From Schaalia meyeri (lineage in GTDB: Bacteria; Actinomycetota; Actinomycetes; Actinomycetales; Actinomycetaceae): DNA of 32,000 nt. Both the position numbers and the translations under genes were made by a program. The DNA lies in NCBI RefSeq assembly GCF_900105015.1, contig NZ_FNLK01000005.1, positions 150,001 through 182,000 on the forward strand. The letters run 5' to 3'. This document shows, one piece after another, positions 26,964-32,000 of the stretch. The notes under the pieces are model-generated. The model was not told the origin of the DNA. It saw nothing but the letters and a program-made list of their open reading frames with translations, and ran no database searches. Within the stretch, counting starts at the first letter, position 1, and every line of letters starts with the position of its first letter.

Positions 26964-28400
26964 ATGACCACCAATACGCCGCAGGTCGCTATCAACGACA
27001 TTGGTTCGGAAGCAGACCTGATCGCAGCCATTGACGAGACCATCAAGTACTTCAACGATGGCGACATCGTCGAGGGCACTGTCGTCAAGGTCGACCGCGA
27101 CGAGGTCCTCCTTGACATCGGCTACAAGACGGAGGGCGTCATCCTCTCTCGCGAGCTGTCCATCAAGCACGACGTCAACCCGGACGACGTCGTCACCGTG
27201 GGCGAGCAGATCGAGGCGCTCGTCCTCCAGAAGGAAGACAAGGAAGGCCGTCTCCTCCTGTCGAAGAAGCGCGCGCAGTACGAGCGCGCGTGGGGAAAGA
27301 TCGAGAAGGTCAAGGAAGAGGACGGCGTCGTTACCGGCACCGTTATCGAGGTCGTCAAGGGCGGCCTGATCCTGGACATCGGTCTGCGTGGCTTCCTGCC
27401 CGCCTCCCTCGTCGAGATGCGTCGCGTCCGCGACCTCGCCCCCTACATCGGTCGTGAGATCGAAGCGAAGATCATCGAGCTGGATAAGAACCGCAACAAC
27501 GTGGTCCTGTCCCGCCGCGCGTGGCTGGAGCAGACCCAGTCCGAGGTCCGCACGAACTTCCTGCACACCCTCCAGAAGGGCCAGGTGCGTTCCGGCGTCG
27601 TCTCTTCCATCGTCAATTTCGGCGCGTTCGTCGATCTCGGTGGCGTCGATGGCCTGGTTCACGTCTCGGAGCTGTCCTGGAAGCACATCGATCACCCGTC
27701 CGAGGTCGTCGAGGTCGGCCAGGAAGTCACCGTCGAGGTGCTCGACGTCGACATGGATCGCGAGCGTGTCTCCCTGTCGCTCAAGGCCACTCAGGAAGAT
27801 CCGTGGCAGGCCTTCGCGCGCACGCACGCGATCGGCCAGGTTGTGCCCGGCAAGGTCACCAAGCTTGTTCCCTTCGGCGCGTTCGTGCGCGTCGAGGACG
27901 GCATTGAGGGCCTGGTGCACATTTCCGAGCTGGCTCAGCGTCACGTTGAGCTGCCGGACCAGGTCGTCAAGGTCGGCGAAGAGGTCTTCGTCAAGGTCAT
28001 CGACATCGACCTTGAGCGTCGTCGCATCTCCCTGTCGTTGAAGCAGGCCAACGAGGGCGTGGACCCGAACTCCGACGAGTTCGATCCCTCGCTGTACGGC
28101 ATGGCTGCCGAGTACGATGAGAACGGCAACTACAAGTACCCCGAGGGCTTCGATCCCGAGACCCAGGAGTGGATGGAAGGTTTCGACGCCCAGCGCGAGG
28201 CCTGGGAGGCTCAGTACGCCGAGGCTCAGGCCCGCTGGGAGGCCCACAAGGCCCAGGTACGCAAGGCCCTCGAGGAGGACGCCGAGGCTGCTCCCTCGAT
28301 CGAGGAGCAGGCCTCTTACTCGACCCCGGTCGACAATGAGGGCACCCTGGCCTCCGACGAGGCACTGGCCGCGCTGCGTGAGAAGCTGACGAACAACTAG
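26964..28400 (+). CDS. rpsA: 30S ribosomal protein S1
   Basis: ATG 26964 lies 9 nt after GGAGA. Four S1 OB-fold repeats are present (GDIVEGTVVKV..., GVVTGTVIEVVKGGLILDIG..., GQVRSGVVSSIVNFGAFVDLG..., GQVVPGKVTKLVPFGAFVRVE...), with an acidic C-terminal tail. Confidence 0.95.
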   Translation: MTTNTPQVAINDIGSEADLIAAIDETIKYFNDGDIVEGTVVKVDRDEVLLDIGYKTEGVILSRELSIKHDVNPDDVVTVGEQIEALVLQKEDKEGRLLLSKKRAQYERAWGKIEKVKEEDGVVTGTVIEVVKGGLILDIGLRGFLPASLVEMRRVRDLAPYIGREIEAKIIELDKNRNNVVLSRRAWLEQTQSEVRTNFLHTLQKGQVRSGVVSSIVNFGAFVDLGGVDGLVHVSELSWKHIDHPSEVVEVGQEVTVEVLDVDMDRERVSLSLKATQEDPWQAFARTHAIGQVVPGKVTKLVPFGAFVRVEDGIEGLVHISELAQRHVELPDQVVKVGEEVFVKVIDIDLERRRISLSLKQANEGVDPNSDEFDPSLYGMAAEYDENGNYKYPEGFDPETQEWMEGFDAQREAWEAQYAEAQARWEAHKAQVRKALEEDAEAAPSIEEQASYSTPVDNEGTLASDEALAALREKLTNN

Positions 28401-28419
28401 TCGGTTATTTCACGCAAGT

Positions 28420-28468
28420 AAAGCCAAGTGGTGGCCCCAGGAAAATCCTGGGGCCACCACTTGGCTTT
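28420..28468. terminator. Bidirectional terminator between rpsA and convergent brnQ
   Basis: AAAGCCAAGTGGTGGCCCCAGGA-AAA-TCCTGGGGCCACCACTTGGCTTT is a perfect 23-bp stem with A/T runs on both flanks. Confidence 0.7.
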
Positions 28469-28635
28469 ACGCGGGCCGATCTGGCGCATGCCAGAGAGCC
28501 TTGGCGCGCGGGAACGGTCCCTGCCACGGGTCGACTACTGCTGCAAATAGGTTGCTCTCTCCTGTCGCGCGATCCACGATCGACGTTTGCGCGACATATA
28601 AACGGGCGGACGTCGTAGGGCGGCGAACGGCTCCG

Positions 28636-29985
28636 TCACCTATCGGCGCGCGTGATGAGCCTGGCGTCGATGCACGCGCCGATGGCGGATGCAATCAGCG
28701 TGGGGAGGATCCAGCCGAGCTGTAGGCCTTGGCCTGGGCTCCACGTTAGGACGGCGTCGAGGAAGGAGCCTCCGGCGCCGATCTGTGCCAGCGTGGTTGC
28801 ACCCGACCACGCCGTGGCTGTCCACGCCGCGAGCCGGAAGGTCCACTGCGCGGGGGTCAGGAGGCGGAGAGGATGCGCGGCGATGGTGACGGCGACAACC
28901 GTGATGGCGATGGGGTAGAGGAAGGTGATGATGGGGACCGCGACGGCCAGGACTGAGCTCAGTCCCGCCGAGGCGAGGAAATACGAGATGAGGGTGAAGA
29001 TGACGATCCACGTCCGGTAGGAGACGGCGGGGATCAGGCGGTGAAAGAACTCGGAGGTTGCCGCGATCAGGCCGACGGCGGTCGTCATGCAAGCCGTTAA
29101 AACAATGAGGCCGAAAACGAGCTGCCCCGGCCAGCCCATCGTCATCTGGGCCGCATCGGCCAGGAGGCTGGCTCCGTCGGTGTAGTCCTGACCCCCAGGG
29201 ATGACGTGCCCGATGAGCCCCAGTCCGACGTAGACCAGCGCCAGGAGCGACCCCGCGATGGCAGCTGCCAGGGACGTGCGTCGGACAACCTTCGCGCCGA
29301 TGCCTCCGCCCGTGTGTCCCAGCGAAGTGACGACGATGATGCCGAACGCCAGCGCGGCGATGGAATCCATGGTCATGTACCCGTCCAGCAATCCAGCCGC
29401 GAGGGGAGTGCTCACGTACGTTCCGGTCGGAGCATCATGCGAGGCCGGAAGCGAGGCGAGGCACAGAAAGACGAGCAGGACAAGGAGGCCGAGCAGCAGG
29501 GGGGTGAGCACCTTTCCCAGGCTGTCGATCACGTGCGACGGATTCCACGACAGGTAGAACGCGATGCCGAAAAAGATCAGATTAAAGACGAGCGAGGCGA
29601 TGGTCGACTGGGAACCAATGATGGGAGCCACCGCCGTCGAGAAGGACACCGCACCCGTGCGCGGCAGGGCGTAGAACGCTCCGATCGACAGGTATACCAG
29701 GCAGGAGAAGGCGAGGCCGAAGGGCCTGCCAGCCCGGCTCACCAGATCTCGCATATCCGTTCCCGACAGGGCGATCGTGATGATCGACACGACGGGCAGG
29801 GCGACGCCGCCGATGAGGAATCCGATCATGGCAGGACCGAGGTTACTTCCCGCCGACGCGCCCATGATCGGGGGGAAGATCAGGTTGCCGGCTCCGAAGA
29901 ACATGGAGAACAGCGTCAGCGAGGTTGCGATGAGCGCTGCGGTGCCCGAACGCCGCGTGGAATCGTCCTTGACTGTCTGGGTCAC
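28636..29985 (-). CDS. brnQ: Branched-chain amino acid transport system II carrier (LIVCS family)
   Basis: GTG start. LFSMFFGAGNLIFPPIMG is the BrnQ signature, and about 12 TM helices span the protein. Confidence 0.9.
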   Translation of the reverse strand: MTQTVKDDSTRRSGTAALIATSLTLFSMFFGAGNLIFPPIMGASAGSNLGPAMIGFLIGGVALPVVSIITIALSGTDMRDLVSRAGRPFGLAFSCLVYLSIGAFYALPRTGAVSFSTAVAPIIGSQSTIASLVFNLIFFGIAFYLSWNPSHVIDSLGKVLTPLLLGLLVLLVFLCLASLPASHDAPTGTYVSTPLAAGLLDGYMTMDSIAALAFGIIVVTSLGHTGGGIGAKVVRRTSLAAAIAGSLLALVYVGLGLIGHVIPGGQDYTDGASLLADAAQMTMGWPGQLVFGLIVLTACMTTAVGLIAATSEFFHRLIPAVSYRTWIVIFTLISYFLASAGLSSVLAVAVPIITFLYPIAITVVAVTIAAHPLRLLTPAQWTFRLAAWTATAWSGATTLAQIGAGGSFLDAVLTWSPGQGLQLGWILPTLIASAIGACIDARLITRADR

Positions 29986-30076
29986 TGCTACTCGCTTGCT
30001 GGTGTGGGGTCTTTAACGGCATCAATTCTTTCATGAGGGCGCGCAACCGCAACCGCTGGCGGGCTAGGCTGGGTGG

Positions 30077-30775
30077 GTGAGAAGCTCCTTGAACAGCGGA
30101 GGATGCGCGGCCTCCCTCCTGCGCCCTATCCGACCGCTGCGCCTGAACGGCCCCGCACGCATCGTCGCGGTGAGCGGGGGAATCGGATCCGGGAAGTCGT
30201 CGGTGACGCGGACTTTTGCCTCGTTAGGTGCGGTTGTGGCGGATGCCGACGCGATCGCTCGCGAGATACTCCAGCCCGGAACTCGGGCGTTGCGTGAGGT
30301 TGCCGAACACTTCGGAGCGGACCTGATCCGCTCGGATGGAACCCTTGATCGCTCGCTGTTGGCGTCCCGGGTATTTGCATGCGACGGGCGCGTTCGGGAG
30401 CTGAACGCGATCACTCACCCCGCCATTACCGAGCGTGCCTGGACAATCCTGAACGGTGCTCCCGAGGGAGCCCTCGCCGTCTACGACATCCCCCTCCTCG
30501 TCGAGGGCGACGGCATCGACCTGTTCGATGCCGTCATCATGGTGGATGCCCCCGAAGAGGAACGGATCCGCCGCCTGGCGGGGAGGGGAATGTTGCCTGA
30601 GGATGCACGCGCCCGGATCCGCGCCCAGGCCTCGTCAGAGGAAAGGCGTGCCGCGGCAAACGTGTGGATTGATAACCGGGGGAGCATTGCCGACCTGGAG
30701 AACGTCTCTGCACAGGCCTACGAGCGCTGGCTGTCCCCTTATGGCGGGCGCCCATTGTCCAGGCCGAGGCAGTGA
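30077..30775 (+). CDS. coaE: Dephospho-CoA kinase
   Basis: P-loop IVAVSGGIGSGKSSV, then DADAIAREILQPGTRALREVAEHFG and ELNAITHPAI. Start uncertain (GTG 30077 or TTG 30089). Confidence 0.85.
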   Translation: MRSSLNSGGCAASLLRPIRPLRLNGPARIVAVSGGIGSGKSSVTRTFASLGAVVADADAIAREILQPGTRALREVAEHFGADLIRSDGTLDRSLLASRVFACDGRVRELNAITHPAITERAWTILNGAPEGALAVYDIPLLVEGDGIDLFDAVIMVDAPEEERIRRLAGRGMLPEDARARIRAQASSEERRAAANVWIDNRGSIADLENVSAQAYERWLSPYGGRPLSRPRQ

Positions 30776-30791
30776 CACTGGTCGCGAACCC

Positions 30792-30882
30792 GGGCCCCTC
30801 CTCCAGGCGTCGGGGACGGGCGAGTCTTGCGCGGGGTGGTGTTGTCGGTGGGGTCCCCTCCTCCAGGCGTCGGGGACGGGCG
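30792..30882. repeat. Two copies of a 31-nt direct repeat, 60 nt apart, in the coaE-uvrB intergenic region
   Basis: 30792-30822 (GGGCCCCTCCTCCAGGCGTCGGGGACGGGCG) and 30852-30882 (GGTCCCCTCCTCCAGGCGTCGGGGACGGGCG) are identical at 30 of 31 positions. Each has an imperfect internal CCCC...GGGG inverted repeat. Confidence 0.85.
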
Positions 30883-30899
30883 GCCTGTAGCGTAGTAGC

Positions 30900-32000
30900 G
30901 TGAGCGAAGAACCCGTCATCCGCCAGGACAAGCCCTTCGAGGTAATCTCCCCGTACACGCCGGCAGGCGACCAGCCCAAGGCGATCCGCGAGCTGGCCGC
31001 ACGCATCCGCGACGGCGAGCAGGACGTCGTCCTCATGGGGGCGACCGGCACGGGCAAGAGCGCGACCACCGCGTGGCTTATTGAGGAGCTGCAGCGTCCC
31101 GCGCTGGTGCTCGAACCGAACAAGACCCTGGCCGCGCAGCTGGCTGCGGAGTTCCGCGCGCTCCTACCGAACAACGCCGTTGAGTACTTCGTCTCCTACT
31201 ACGACTACTACCAGCCCGAGGCCTACGTGCCGCAAACGGACACCTTCATCGAGAAGGACTCCTCCATCAATGACGAGGTGGAGCGCCTGCGCCACAGCGC
31301 CACAAACTCGCTTTTGACCAGGCGCGACACGGTCGTCGTCTCCTCGGTCTCCTGCATCTACGGCCTGGGAACGCCCGAAGAATACGTGGCGCGGATGATC
31401 GAGCTGAGCTGCGGAATGGTGATCGACCGCGATGCGCTGCTGCGCAGGTTCGTGGCCATGCAGTACGTGCGTAACGACATGGCCTTCACGCGCGGCACCT
31501 TCCGCGTGCGTGGAGACACGATCGAGATCATCCCCGTTTACGAGGAGCTCGCCATCCGCATCGAGATGTTCGGCGACGAGATCGACTCCCTGGCCGTGCT
31601 TCACCCACTCACCGGCGACGTCATCTCCGAGGTCGACCACACCTATCTCTTCCCCGCGTCGCACTACGTGGCGGGCGAGGAACGCATGAAGAAAGCGATC
31701 AAGTCAATCGAGGAGGAGCTCGACGACCGCCTGGCGTGGCTGCACGCCCAGAACAAGCTGCTCGAAGAACAGCGCCTGCGTATGCGCACCACCTTCGATC
31801 TGGAGATGCTCAAGGAAATCGGATCGTGCGCGGGGGTCGAGAACTACTCACGGCACATCGACGGGCGAGGGCCCGGCACACCGCCGCACACGCTGCTCGA
31901 CTACTTCCCCGAGGACTTCCTGCTCATCATCGATGAGTCCCACGTGACCGTCCCGCAGATCGGCGCGATGTTCGAGGGGGATATGTCGCGCAAGCGAACC
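30900..32000 (+). CDS. uvrB: Excinuclease ABC subunit B (5' part; continues beyond the window)
   Basis: GTG 30900 begins [68 protein letters not shown] and [13 protein letters not shown] are present. The frame stays open to the window end. It is not listed in the ORF track because no stop lies inside the window. Confidence 0.95.
   Translation, partial: MSEEPVIRQDKPFEVISPYTPAGDQPKAIRELAARIRDGEQDVVLMGATGTGKSATTAWLIEELQRPALVLEPNKTLAAQLAAEFRALLPNNAVEYFVSYYDYYQPEAYVPQTDTFIEKDSSINDEVERLRHSATNSLLTRRDTVVVSSVSCIYGLGTPEEYVARMIELSCGMVIDRDALLRRFVAMQYVRNDMAFTRGTFRVRGDTIEIIPVYEELAIRIEMFGDEIDSLAVLHPLTGDVISEVDHTYLFPASHYVAGEERMKKAIKSIEEELDDRLAWLHAQNKLLEEQRLRMRTTFDLEMLKEIGSCAGVENYSRHIDGRGPGTPPHTLLDYFPEDFLLIIDESHVTVPQIGAMFEGDMSRKRT

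Noticed and set aside
30792-30882. Possible mini-CRISPR (31-nt repeat, 29-nt spacer, 31-nt repeat)
   Set aside because: There are only two copies, no cas genes in the window, and the location is inside a 124-nt promoter region between two housekeeping genes. A regulatory site or small palindromic element is far more likely.
30781-30899. LexA SOS box or complete RecA-independent (PafBC-type) promoter upstream of uvrB
   Set aside because: No GAAC-N4-GTTC-type palindrome is present. TTGTCGGTG at 30842-30850 is followed after 8 nt by TCCTCC, not TAnnnT, so the full motif is not there.

Overview
This is a GC-rich, strongly GC3-biased actinobacterial chromosome segment. Gene order resembles Actinomycetaceae and other Actinobacteria; that assignment rests on synteny I recall, not on a search.

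Gene order, left to right:
- the 3' end of a membrane-protein gene, a DEAD-box RNA helicase and a convergent MFS transporter
- aspS and a yciO-type YrdC-family gene
- two lineage-specific secreted, C-terminally anchored Pro/Thr-rich surface proteins
- rarA and rpsD
- a translationally coupled string alaS-ruvX-mltG-aroE-prepilin peptidase
- a ~360-nt junction with no convincing gene
- a collapsed trpC/trpB/trpA relic abutting an intact lgt, then pyk
- a lower-GC islet carrying an orphan 71-aa ORF, and an atypical tRNA-Leu(CAA)
- a PdtaR-like ANTAR response regulator, a hotdog thioesterase, polA and rpsA
- an oppositely oriented brnQ, coaE, and the 5' part of uvrB running off the window

I see no CRISPR array, transposase, integrase, rRNA or recognisable defence or toxin cluster. 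I do not think this window holds a novel multi-gene system; it is mostly ordinary housekeeping DNA.

Observations worth a second look:
1. The multi-frame relic of the tryptophan operon.
2. A tRNA-Leu(CAA) with a class-II-type D-arm but only a 5-nt variable loop.
3. The orphan small ORF islet at the tRNA 3' side.
4. The surface-protein pair with in-frame tandem repeats.
5. A 31-nt direct repeat pair in the uvrB promoter region.

The many long ORFs antisense to the named genes are GC-rich frame artefacts.
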